A stretch of 46,956 bases of DNA, taken from Bacteroidales bacterium. GTDB lineage: Bacteria > Bacteroidota > Bacteroidia > Bacteroidales > UBA932. How positions within the stretch are numbered: position 1 is the stretch's first letter; the number at the start of each line of letters is the position of its first letter. Shown here piece after piece: positions 26,790 through 35,978 of the stretch. Location: NCBI GenBank assembly GCA_024402005.1, contig JAKSJV010000001.1, positions 1 to 46,956 on the forward strand, written 5' to 3'. The notes below the pieces were generated by a model. It saw only the letters and a list, made by a program, of their open reading frames with translations, had not been told where the DNA came from and searched no databases. The position numbers were made by a program, and so were the translations under genes.

Positions 26790-27542
26790 ATGGAAATTTT
26801 CTATTCGGACAATATAATGGGGACATCCCTTGCCCTGACTGTCGAGGATTCGCTGCATTGTGCAAGGGTTCTGCGCCATCGCAGCGGGGATGCGATAAAC
26901 GTGGTTGACGGTGAAGGCACGATGTACGAATGCCGCATCACCAATGACAACCCGCGTCTTGTGGTGGCGGATATAATCGCCGCGCACGAGCTTTGGAACA
27001 GCCATCCTTACCGTTTGACCATGGCCGTCTGCCCCACTAAGAACAACGACAGATACGAGTGGTTTGTGGAAAAGGCGACAGAGGTTGGTGTGGACAGGAT
27101 AGTCCCTGTTATAGGCGGCAGGTCCGAGCGCAAGGTCTATAAGACCGACCGTGCCCGAAAGATAGTGCTAAGTGCGGCAAAACAGTCGCTGAAGGCCTTG
27201 TTCCCTCAGGTTGAAGAACCTCTTGGCGTAAAAGAGTTTATCGAGGCATCGGCCGGTGAGGCGGATGGCGGGGCCGGAGCTCTCAAATTCATCGCCTGCT
27301 GCTTTGAAGATGCGGATCATCCCAGGACAAGCCTTTCCGATGCCGTGCGCCAGGCACTTGCAAAGACAAAGGCTGCATTGCCCCGGATAACGGTTATGAT
27401 AGGTCCTGAAGGGGATTTCAGTGAAGAAGAGCTGCATCTGGCCATAGAAAGAGGCTTCATCCCCGTCCATCTCGGCGCTTCGCGTCTTCGTACGGAAACG
27501 GCGGCTGTAGTGGCTGCGACCCAGATATATTCTTTGTTCTGA
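26790..27542 (+). CDS. rsmE: 16S rRNA m3U1498 methyltransferase
   Basis: HCARVLR, EKATEVG, IGPEGDFS, LGASRLRTETA. Confidence 0.95.
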   Translation: MEIFYSDNIMGTSLALTVEDSLHCARVLRHRSGDAINVVDGEGTMYECRITNDNPRLVVADIIAAHELWNSHPYRLTMAVCPTKNNDRYEWFVEKATEVGVDRIVPVIGGRSERKVYKTDRARKIVLSAAKQSLKALFPQVEEPLGVKEFIEASAGEADGGAGALKFIACCFEDADHPRTSLSDAVRQALAKTKAALPRITVMIGPEGDFSEEELHLAIERGFIPVHLGASRLRTETAAVVAATQIYSLF

Positions 27543-27547
27543 CAGTT

Positions 27548-28057
27548 ATGAACATAGGTATCATATCCGACACTCACGGGATTTTCAGCCCGCAGTTCAT
27601 CGATTTCTTCGCGGATTGCGATGAAATATGGCATGCGGGAGATTTCGGCGGAGGTTATTCGACGGCAGCGGCAATAGCCGCATTCAAACCCCTTATCGGA
27701 GTTGTCGGCAATTGCGACGAGAGGGGGCTGATGTATGATTATCCTATCCACAGATACTTCCAAAGGGAGGGACTGAATATTCTTATGACCCATATCGGGG
27801 GCTATCCCGGCAACTATGATTTCAGGGCCCGTCAGCTTATCGAGCGCTATCGGCCTGACGTTTTCGTCTGCGGACATTCACACATCCTCAGGGTGATGCG
27901 TGACGGGCATTATCCAACAGGAAAAGGTACGGATATGCTGGTGATAAATCCAGGTGCCGCAGGCCTGCAGGGATTTCATATTGTGAGGACGGCTATCCGT
28001 TTGAAAATCAATGAAGGTGGACTTTCTGACCTGGAAGTGTTGAATATTGATAAATAG
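27548..28057 (+). CDS. Metallophosphoesterase (YfcE/MJ0936 family)
   Basis: SDTH, HAGD, GNCD, GHSH, NPG. Confidence 0.92.
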   Translation: MNIGIISDTHGIFSPQFIDFFADCDEIWHAGDFGGGYSTAAAIAAFKPLIGVVGNCDERGLMYDYPIHRYFQREGLNILMTHIGGYPGNYDFRARQLIERYRPDVFVCGHSHILRVMRDGHYPTGKGTDMLVINPGAAGLQGFHIVRTAIRLKINEGGLSDLEVLNIDK

Positions 28058-28152
28058 GTGTAAAAAAAGGTTGATTTTCTTTGCAATTATCAAAAAAGTA
28101 TCTACCTTTGCCGCTTGGAATTGAGAATTATTCACTTAATAATAAAAACATT

Positions 28153-28332
28153 ATGAAAAAAGTTATTCTTACCCTCGCTGCTGTTGCAATGTTTGCCGGT
28201 ATGACTTCTTGCACTTGCTGCCAGAAATCAGAGGAAGCTTGCGAATGCGAAAACTGCACTGAGTGCTGCCAGGCTGATTCAGTAGAAGTAGCTGACACTG
28301 TTGTTGCTGCTGACACTGTTGTTGCTGAGTAA
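28153..28332 (+). CDS. Small Cys-rich lipoprotein
   Basis: Signal peptide with lipobox MTSC; own promoter (TTTG 28080-83, TACCTTTG 28103-10) and terminator. Confidence 0.8.
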   Translation: MKKVILTLAAVAMFAGMTSCTCCQKSEEACECENCTECCQADSVEVADTVVAADTVVAE

Positions 28333-28347
28333 TTCGTTACGCAACAG

Positions 28348-28386
28348 AAAAAGTGGGGTGACCGTAGCGGCCGCCTCATTTTTTTT
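28348..28386 (+). terminator. Intrinsic terminator
   Basis: GTGGGGTGACCG-TAG-CGGCCGCCTCAT followed by a T tract. Confidence 0.75.
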
Positions 28387-28423
28387 GTATAACTTTGTCT
28401 CTACTCTGACGGGGTGAATAGGT

Positions 28424-29797
28424 ATGGCTGTAACAGGAAAAATCAAGACTGCGTGGTTCTGCACGGAATGTGGCAATGAAGCGCCGAAATGGATGGGACA
28501 ATGCCCCGCCTGCGGTGCGTGGAATACTATGGTTGAGGAAAAGGTGGCCACGGGCGGTTCCAAGGGCAATGAGTCTCATAAAAGTTCACGTTCCGACAAT
28601 GCCCCCGTGAAGTTGTCGGAAGTGTCTTCCAATGACAAGGAAAGGATATCCCTGAATCTGCCTGAAGTGGACCGTCTTCTGGGCGGCGGACTCGTCAAAG
28701 GGTCGCTGGTGCTTATCGGCGGTGAGCCCGGAATAGGCAAATCGACGCTTTCTCTGCAGATCCCCCTTCTCAATCCGGAGCTGAATGTTCTATATGTCAC
28801 AGGCGAGGAAAGCGTGGGACAGGTGAAGATGCGCGCTGCGAGAATAGGAGGCGTGCAGGACAACTGCCTGATTTACAGTGAGACGCAGATGGAGGACATA
28901 ATACGTGAGGCAAAACGTATCAGTCCGGACCTTCTTATCGTCGATTCGGTGCAGACAATGTTCTCTGAATCGCTGGAAGGCTCCCCCGGTACGGTGTCCC
29001 AGGTGCGTGAATGTGCGGCGTCCCTGTTGCGCTATGCCAAGGATACGGATACGCCCGTGATTCTTATCGGCCATATAACCAAAGAAGGCAGTATCGCCGG
29101 TCCCAAGGTCCTGGAACACATAGTCGATGTCGTGCTGCAGTTCGAAGGTGAGAACAGGGGAGCGTACAGGCTTCTGCGAGGCATCAAGAACCGTTTCGGA
29201 AGCACTTCGGAACTTGCCGTTTTCGAGATGACCGGTACAGGACTCCGCGAGATTACAAACCCGTCCGAACTGCTGATACCTATGCACGAGGAGGGACTCA
29301 GCGGTGTGGCTGTCGCGGCTATGCTTGACGGCACAAGACCGTTCCTGATCGAGGTTCAGGCCCTTGTTTCATCGGCGGCTTACGGTACGCCGCAGCGCAG
29401 CGCCACCGGTTTCGACGGACGCCGTTTGAATATGCTTCTCGCGGTTCTGGAGAGAAGGGCCGGTTTCAAGCTTGGTCAGAAGGATGTGTTCATAAATATG
29501 GCCGGAGGGCTTAAGGTCACCGATCCGGCTTGCGATATGTCCGTGATAGCGGCCGTTCTCAGCAGTACCTTCGATATGGCGATATCCTCTGATATCTGTT
29601 TCGCCGGCGAAGTCGGGCTCAGCGGTGAAATCCGTCCCGTCAGCCAGACGGACCGCAGGGTAAGCGAGGCGGCGCGTCTTGGATTCAGGAAGATATACGT
29701 GTCGAAATTCGCGGCCACCGGCGATGCTCCCAAGGGTATTGATGTAGTCAAGGTGGCTGACGTTCCTGAGCTTGTCAGACAACTTTTCAAAAATTGA
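28424..29797 (+). CDS. radA: DNA repair protein RadA/Sms
   Basis: C4 zinc finger, GEPGIGKS, KNRFG, Lon-like C-terminus. Confidence 0.97.
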   Translation: MAVTGKIKTAWFCTECGNEAPKWMGQCPACGAWNTMVEEKVATGGSKGNESHKSSRSDNAPVKLSEVSSNDKERISLNLPEVDRLLGGGLVKGSLVLIGGEPGIGKSTLSLQIPLLNPELNVLYVTGEESVGQVKMRAARIGGVQDNCLIYSETQMEDIIREAKRISPDLLIVDSVQTMFSESLEGSPGTVSQVRECAASLLRYAKDTDTPVILIGHITKEGSIAGPKVLEHIVDVVLQFEGENRGAYRLLRGIKNRFGSTSELAVFEMTGTGLREITNPSELLIPMHEEGLSGVAVAAMLDGTRPFLIEVQALVSSAAYGTPQRSATGFDGRRLNMLLAVLERRAGFKLGQKDVFINMAGGLKVTDPACDMSVIAAVLSSTFDMAISSDICFAGEVGLSGEIRPVSQTDRRVSEAARLGFRKIYVSKFAATGDAPKGIDVVKVADVPELVRQLFKN

Positions 29798-29802
29798 CGG
29801 CA

Positions 29803-30414
29803 ATGGAGTTGATGTTTGCAACAGGCAATGCCGGGAAGCTTCGCGAGGCGCAGGAGATTTGTGATGTCCTGGGTAAGAAATATGGCGTGCAGGTGACGGT
29901 GCGTCCTATGCCGGAGAAAGTCGATATTCCCGAGACAGGTTCTACTTACGAAGAAAATTCGCTTCAGAAGGCGCAATACGTGTGGAACCGCTGGCATTGT
30001 GACTGTATCGCGGACGACTCCGGTCTTGAGGTTGAGGCCCTGGACGGCGCCCCGGGAATCTATACCGCAAGGTATTGTGACAGGGATTTTGCAAGCGGAA
30101 TAGACAAATTGCTGTTCGAGCTGGACCGGCTGGGAGCGGATACTCCGGATAAGCGCCGGGGCAGTTTCGAATGCTGTATCACGCTGATTCAGGGCGGCAA
30201 GCCGCATTTTTTCCGCGGGCATTGTCCAGGCACCATACACAGTGAAAAGTGCGGTGTGGCCGGTTTCGGTTTCGATCCGGTGTTCATTGCCGATTCGACC
30301 CCGGGGCTCTGTATGGCCCAGTTGGATGAAGAAAAAAAGAATATTGTATCCCACCGCGGACTCGCAATGGAGGAAATGTTCCGATATCTGGCCGCGGATG
30401 ACAAAAAACAATGA
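29803..30414 (+). CDS. rdgB: Non-canonical purine NTP pyrophosphatase (RdgB/HAM1)
   Basis: ATGNAGK, ADDSGL, GFGFDP, SHRG. Confidence 0.93.
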   Translation: MELMFATGNAGKLREAQEICDVLGKKYGVQVTVRPMPEKVDIPETGSTYEENSLQKAQYVWNRWHCDCIADDSGLEVEALDGAPGIYTARYCDRDFASGIDKLLFELDRLGADTPDKRRGSFECCITLIQGGKPHFFRGHCPGTIHSEKCGVAGFGFDPVFIADSTPGLCMAQLDEEKKNIVSHRGLAMEEMFRYLAADDKKQ

Positions 30415-30415
30415 T

Positions 30416-32044
30416 ATGATGAGACATTTCAAAACCATAGTTTCCTTTCTGGCGGCCGCCTCGGTAACAGTTGCGGCATTCTCCCAGTCCAAGAGCTTCA
30501 AGCTGGGACAATGGGTGGAGATTCAGAATTCGATAATGAGCAATCTGTCACGTTATTACGTGGACTCTCTGCCGGTGGACAGGATGTACAAGGCAGGTGT
30601 TGACGTTATGCTGGAAAATCTCGACCCTTATACCGTTTATGTGCCGGAGGCGGAACAGGACAATTTCGAGATGATGATTTCCAATACCTACGGCGGCATA
30701 GGAGCCATCATCTACAAGCCCGAGAAGGACGGGAACGTCATCATCAATGAACCGTATGCGGATTCTCCCGCCGCCAAGGCCGGGCTCAGATGCGGAGATG
30801 AAATCATTTCCATAGACGGTGTTTCCGCCGGCGGACTCGAGGTCGGGCAGGCTAGCAGCCGTATGAAAGGCAAACCGGGCACCGATGTGGTATTCCAGGT
30901 CAAAAAAGTCCGCACCGGTGAAATCGTCGAAATGAAAATCACCCGTGAGAGGATACACCTTCCCAATGTGGAGTATGCCGGGATATTGTCGGACGGCAAG
31001 ACGGGATATATCTTCCAGACAGGCTTCACCCAGAATGCCTATGAGGAGATACGCGATTCGTATTATGCCTTGAAAAAGCAGGGTATGACGCGTCTGGTGC
31101 TGGATTTGCGCGGAAATGGCGGAGGATCCCTTGATGAGGCGATAAAGATAGTGTCGCTTTTCGTTCCCAGGGGGACTCTCGTCGTGACGACACGCGGGTC
31201 TTTGGAAAGAGAGGTCAAATACGTGACGAGACACGACCCTGTGGATACGAAGATTCCTTTGATGGTGATGGTGGATTCCGGCTCGGCCTCGGCCTCGGAG
31301 ATTGTGGCCGGTGCCATTCAGGACCTGGACCGTGGAATGATTGCCGGCAAGAGGAGTTATGGCAAGGGACTGGTGCAGAAGATAGTCCCCATCATCTATG
31401 ACGGCCAGCTCAAAGTCACCACTGCCAAGTATTATACTCCTTCGGGACGTTGTGTCCAGGCGAAGGACTACTCCCATCGTGCCGAAGACGGCAGCGTAGG
31501 CAATATCCCCGATTCCCTGACCAGGGAATTCAAAACGGCATCGGGACGCATCGTGCGCGATGGAGGCGGAATCACTCCGGATTTTGTCGTGGAGACTCAG
31601 CCGTATAGCAGAATTACGTATTCGGCGGTTTTGAGCGGTCTTACGAACAACTATCCGGTAATATATGCCCGCAAGCACGATGCTATTGCTCCTTTGGCCG
31701 ACTTCCATCTGAGCGATGAGGAATATGCGGAGTTCGTGGACTGGGCTGCGGAGCAGAAATTCGATGACCGTAGCGAGAGCAGGACATATTACGACCTGCT
31801 GGTGGAACAACTGAAGAAAGACGGTGAATACGATGACATTGCCTCTCAGCTGGATACCATAGGAAAGGCGGTGCGTATGGACAAGAAAACGTCGCTTATG
31901 AAGGCAAAGGCGCAGATAATGCCGCTGCTTGAGGAGGAGATAGCCGTCAGGTATTATTTCCAGAGCGCAGGGCCCGCGATAAGGCTTCGCGGTGACGTCC
32001 AGCTCCAGTCGGCCTTGAAGATGTGGGATGAAAGTACAAGATAG
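30416..32044 (+). CDS. S41 family C-terminal processing peptidase
   Basis: Signal peptide, PDZ domain, DLRGNGGG, SASASEI, GKGLVQ, TAKYYTPSG. Confidence 0.93.
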   Translation: MMRHFKTIVSFLAAASVTVAAFSQSKSFKLGQWVEIQNSIMSNLSRYYVDSLPVDRMYKAGVDVMLENLDPYTVYVPEAEQDNFEMMISNTYGGIGAIIYKPEKDGNVIINEPYADSPAAKAGLRCGDEIISIDGVSAGGLEVGQASSRMKGKPGTDVVFQVKKVRTGEIVEMKITRERIHLPNVEYAGILSDGKTGYIFQTGFTQNAYEEIRDSYYALKKQGMTRLVLDLRGNGGGSLDEAIKIVSLFVPRGTLVVTTRGSLEREVKYVTRHDPVDTKIPLMVMVDSGSASASEIVAGAIQDLDRGMIAGKRSYGKGLVQKIVPIIYDGQLKVTTAKYYTPSGRCVQAKDYSHRAEDGSVGNIPDSLTREFKTASGRIVRDGGGITPDFVVETQPYSRITYSAVLSGLTNNYPVIYARKHDAIAPLADFHLSDEEYAEFVDWAAEQKFDDRSESRTYYDLLVEQLKKDGEYDDIASQLDTIGKAVRMDKKTSLMKAKAQIMPLLEEEIAVRYYFQSAGPAIRLRGDVQLQSALKMWDESTR

Positions 32045-32672
32045 GGTAATAGTTCTCAACAGCACACCGTTTTCGGAAAAGTCGCTGGTTCTGCACTGTC
32101 TGTCCCGCGAGTGGGGAAGGCGCAGTTTCCTTGTCAGCAACGCATCCCGCCTGATGCCATTTTTCCAGCCTTTGAACATACTGGATTGCGAGGTTGCGGA
32201 AAATCCCAAGTCCAGACTTTACAAGGCATCCTCCTTCTCCAGCGTGGTTCCTCTCGCAGGGATGAGGTCGTCCTATGGCAAGAACGCCATCTCGATGTTT
32301 ATGGCTGAGGTCCTGTACAGGGCCTTGCGTGAAGATGTGTCAGAGCCAGGTCTGTTTGCCTGGTGTCAGGAGGAGATACTGCTTCTGGATGCACTGCAAG
32401 CGGATTATGCCAATTTCCATATAAGGTTTCTGCTGGATTTTGCGTCCGCAATGGGGTTTAGCCCGTCTTACGATGCATTGTTGCCGTTTTTGGATGACAG
32501 TGCCGCTCTCGCAGGAGAATTCCTCAGCCGAGATGCGGCCGATTCGATGCTGATACCCGTTTCCGGAGCACGGCGCAGCGATTTGTGCGCGCGGCTGTTG
32601 AAATACCTGGAATGCCATCTCGAAGCCCCGTTGAAGATAAGGAGCCTGTCCGTATTGCAGGAAATACAATAA
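32028..32672 (+). CDS. recO: DNA repair protein RecO
   Basis: IVLNSTPFSEKSLV, FQPLNIL, KNAISMFMAEVL, C-terminal IRSLSVLQE. Confidence 0.85.
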   Translation: MKVQDRVIVLNSTPFSEKSLVLHCLSREWGRRSFLVSNASRLMPFFQPLNILDCEVAENPKSRLYKASSFSSVVPLAGMRSSYGKNAISMFMAEVLYRALREDVSEPGLFAWCQEEILLLDALQADYANFHIRFLLDFASAMGFSPSYDALLPFLDDSAALAGEFLSRDAADSMLIPVSGARRSDLCARLLKYLECHLEAPLKIRSLSVLQEIQ

Positions 32673-32730
32673 TGTTTGCCGTTTGCGGCAGAAATATTAA
32701 CTTTGAAGAACGTTTGAAAATATTGATTGT

Positions 32731-33750
32731 ATGAAAACAGTGCTTGTTTCCGGTGGTGCCGGTTATATCGGATCCCACGTTACGGTTGAACTTGTCCAAA
32801 GCGGCTACAATGTGGTCGTTGCAGACAATTTCTCCAATTGTGACAGAACCTGTTTCGAAGGTGTGCAGAAGATACTCGGTCGTGAACTGCCTCTTGAAGT
32901 GGTCGATTTCTGCGATGCAGCTGCCTCGGACGCCCTTTTTGCCAAGTACCATATCGATGCGGTGATTCATTTCGCCGCGTTCAAGGCTGTGGGCGAGAGC
33001 GTTGCCGATCCCTTGAAATATTACGGCAACAACCTTGAGTCCTTCGTCAACGTCATTTCCGCCGCAAGGGCCCACGGTTGCAATAATATTCTGTTTTCAT
33101 CATCAGCCACCGTGTATGGCGAGACCGACAAACTGCCGGTGACCGAGCAATCCGAAAGACAGCCGGCAACATCTCCATACGGCAATACCAAGCAGATTTG
33201 CGAGGACATACTCCGCGACTGCGTGAAGGCATATGAAGGGATTCACGGCATAGCGCTCCGCTATTTCAATCCCATAGGCGCGCATCCTTCCGCCCTTATC
33301 GGCGAACTTCCCCGCGGCGTGCCCGCCAATCTGGTGCCTTACATCACCCAGACGGCCATAGGCAAGCGCGAATGCCTCAGCATTTTCGGCAATGACTATC
33401 CCACTCCCGACGGTACCTGCCTGCGGGACTACATCGATATCGTCGATCTGGCGAAGGCCCACGTGGCCGCCGTCACACGTATGGTGGACGGCAGGATGAA
33501 ACTTGACTACGAGATTTTCAACGTCGGCACCGGCAAGCCCGTTTCCGTGATGGAACTTGTCACCACCTTCGAAAAGGTCAACAATCTCAAACTCAACTAC
33601 AGGATTGCTCCGCGTCGCCCCGGTGACGTCACCGCCATCTGGGCCGACACCGCAGTGGGTGAAAAGGAACTTGGTTGGAAAGCCACCCGCACTCTTGACG
33701 AGACCCTCGCTTCCGCCTGGGCCTGGGAAAAGAAACTCGCCGGGAAATAA
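32731..33750 (+). CDS. galE: UDP-glucose 4-epimerase
   Basis: GGAGYIGSH, HFAAFKAVGES, SSSATVYG, YGNTK, LRYFNP; promoter box at 32698-32705. Confidence 0.97.
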   Translation: MKTVLVSGGAGYIGSHVTVELVQSGYNVVVADNFSNCDRTCFEGVQKILGRELPLEVVDFCDAAASDALFAKYHIDAVIHFAAFKAVGESVADPLKYYGNNLESFVNVISAARAHGCNNILFSSSATVYGETDKLPVTEQSERQPATSPYGNTKQICEDILRDCVKAYEGIHGIALRYFNPIGAHPSALIGELPRGVPANLVPYITQTAIGKRECLSIFGNDYPTPDGTCLRDYIDIVDLAKAHVAAVTRMVDGRMKLDYEIFNVGTGKPVSVMELVTTFEKVNNLKLNYRIAPRRPGDVTAIWADTAVGEKELGWKATRTLDETLASAWAWEKKLAGK

Positions 33751-33764
33751 GCGCAGGAGAAATT

Positions 33765-33806
33765 GCGGGATACCCTAAATGTTTGCAGAGGGTGTCTTTG
33801 CTTTTT
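33765..33806 (+). terminator. Probable intrinsic terminator after galE
   Basis: GATACCCT...AGGGTGTC stem followed by a T-rich tract. Confidence 0.55.
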
Positions 33807-33823
33807 ACGAATATTTCGGCAAA

Positions 33824-35848
33824 ATGAAAAATAAAACTTTATCTGTTTCTATATGGACCATCTCTGTGGCCCTTTTCGCGTTATATACCCCTTTGTGCTG
33901 CTCCTGCAGCAAGGGGGCTGAGATGCATTTGTCCTATGTGGACCCGTTCATCGGCACAGACTATACGGGCCATACTTTTCCGGCGGCCTCCTGCCCTATG
34001 GGTATGGTGCAGCCGGGGCCGGATACCGGCAATTATCTCTGGAAATATTGCAGCGGCTACAACTGGTCGGATTCCCTGATACTTGGGTTTTCGCAGAACC
34101 GCCTCAACGGAACGGGAGTACCCTCACTGTGCAACGTCCTGATAATGCCTTTTTCCGACAGCTGCGGGACCGACCGTTCCAGCAGGAAAGCCGCAGAGGT
34201 GGCGGCCCCCGGATTCTATGGCGTCGAACTCCCCGACAACGGGGTGAAGGTGGAAATAACCTGTTCTCCGAGGGTGGCCTGCTACAATATGGAATTTTCC
34301 GGCACGGCGCGCCGCCTTTTCATAAATTTCCAGAATGCGCAGAAACGCAACAGGACTTCGACTCCTTCGATGAAAGGTTTCGTAAAGTCCTGGGAGGGAT
34401 GGAAGAAGAGCGACAGTTCGATGGCCGGACATCTGGTGGTTTCCAGCTGGGTGAAATACGACCTATGGTATGAAATCACCTTCGACACTCCCGTATGCTC
34501 GGTCGACACTTTGTGCCTGAATCCCGATTATGCGGCTCCTGCCCTGATATTGGACTTCGGCAGCGGAAACGCTCCCGTCAAGGCGAAGATAGCCCTGTCC
34601 TACAGCAGCGCGCTCGGCGCCCACGGCAATATGGCTGAAGTTCCCGACTGGGATTTCGAAAAAGTGCGCAGGGATGCCGAACGTTCCTGGGAGAAGATAT
34701 TGGGACTTATCGACATCGATGCGGCGGACAGCGTAAAGACGGCGTTCTATACGTCTATGTACCATCTTTACCTGCAGCCGAACCTGATTTCCGACAGGGA
34801 TGACGCCGACCGCTATTCCACTTTCTCGCAATGGGACACGTTCAGGGCCGCCGATCCTCTGCGGGCCTTGCTGACTCCCGACATAGAGGCCGATATCGTG
34901 AACACTATGCTGGACGAGGCCGAAGAACGGGGGCATCTCCCCGTGTGGGACCTGTGCGGCAGGGACAACTACTGTATGATAGCCAACCACGCTGTCCCCA
35001 CTGTCGTCGGAGCCTGTCTGCAGAATCTCCCCGGCGTCGACAGGGAACGTGCATACAGGGCCGTAAAGGCTTCTCTCACGACGAATCACCCGAAGTCCGA
35101 CTGGGACGTATATGACAGATACGGTTATTATCCTTTCGATATCGTGGAGGAGGAGTCCGTGTCGAGGACTCTGGAAACCTGCTATGACGACTGGTGCGCG
35201 GCGCAGCTGGCGAAGGCTCTGGGCTATGAGGATGATTATGGATTCTTCCTCTCCCGTTCAAAGAACTATCGGAATCTCTTCGATGCCTCCACCGGATTTT
35301 TCAGGGGCCGCGATTCCGCTGGAAACTGGCGGGAACCGTTCGAGCCGTACCGCTATTCGCACGCGTCGCATCAGGGCGGGGATTACACCGAAGGCAATGC
35401 CTGGCATTATCTGTGGCACGTGCTCCACGATACTGACGACCTGATAGCCCTGCTCGGCGGCAAGGAGAAGTTCGTGGAGAGGCTCGACACTCTTTTCGAC
35501 GTCAGCGTGCCGTCTTCCGTTACAGGTGAGGCTTCCGATGTCACGGGACTCATAGGACAGTATTCCCACGGCAACGAGCCCTGTCACCACGTAATATATC
35601 TCTATACTCTTGCCGGCCGTCAGGACAAGGCCTGGCAGAGGCTGGATCAGGTATTCGGCAGTTTCTACAGGAATGAGCCCGGCGGGCTTTGCGGGAATGA
35701 CGATTGCGGTCAGATGAGCGCGTGGTACATTTATTCCGCTCTGGGCTGCTATCCCCTCAATCCGGCAGGCGGAGAATTGGTGAAAGGCAAGGCTCAGGTG
35801 AAAAAGGCCGTCATCAGGAACAACCGTAGCAAAAGGATCAGACTATGA
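33824..35848 (+). CDS. GH92 alpha-mannosidase, exported, short C-terminus
   Basis: YVDPFIGT, GHTFP, WDTFR, SVSRTLE..YDD, YTEGNAW, HGNEP, GNDDCGQMSAWY. Confidence 0.9.
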   Translation: MKNKTLSVSIWTISVALFALYTPLCCSCSKGAEMHLSYVDPFIGTDYTGHTFPAASCPMGMVQPGPDTGNYLWKYCSGYNWSDSLILGFSQNRLNGTGVPSLCNVLIMPFSDSCGTDRSSRKAAEVAAPGFYGVELPDNGVKVEITCSPRVACYNMEFSGTARRLFINFQNAQKRNRTSTPSMKGFVKSWEGWKKSDSSMAGHLVVSSWVKYDLWYEITFDTPVCSVDTLCLNPDYAAPALILDFGSGNAPVKAKIALSYSSALGAHGNMAEVPDWDFEKVRRDAERSWEKILGLIDIDAADSVKTAFYTSMYHLYLQPNLISDRDDADRYSTFSQWDTFRAADPLRALLTPDIEADIVNTMLDEAEERGHLPVWDLCGRDNYCMIANHAVPTVVGACLQNLPGVDRERAYRAVKASLTTNHPKSDWDVYDRYGYYPFDIVEEESVSRTLETCYDDWCAAQLAKALGYEDDYGFFLSRSKNYRNLFDASTGFFRGRDSAGNWREPFEPYRYSHASHQGGDYTEGNAWHYLWHVLHDTDDLIALLGGKEKFVERLDTLFDVSVPSSVTGEASDVTGLIGQYSHGNEPCHHVIYLYTLAGRQDKAWQRLDQVFGSFYRNEPGGLCGNDDCGQMSAWYIYSALGCYPLNPAGGELVKGKAQVKKAVIRNNRSKRIRL

Positions 35849-35978
35849 TTAAAGCGCTTGTCGCAATACTTGCCGCGCCTATGGGGACAGTCTCTACAGG
35901 GTGACTCTTGCCGAGAAAAGCCCTTGCCCAAAGGGCTCGTATCACTTGAAGATAGGAAAATAAGGCATGGCCTCGATG

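Noticed and set aside
30548-32209. Long antisense ORFs (also 4290-5168, 19111-19998, 29476-30501, 38285-39202, 39204-40598, 42807-43649, 46166-46921)
   Set aside because: They overlap well-supported genes on the opposite strand or in another frame and have no recognisable motifs.
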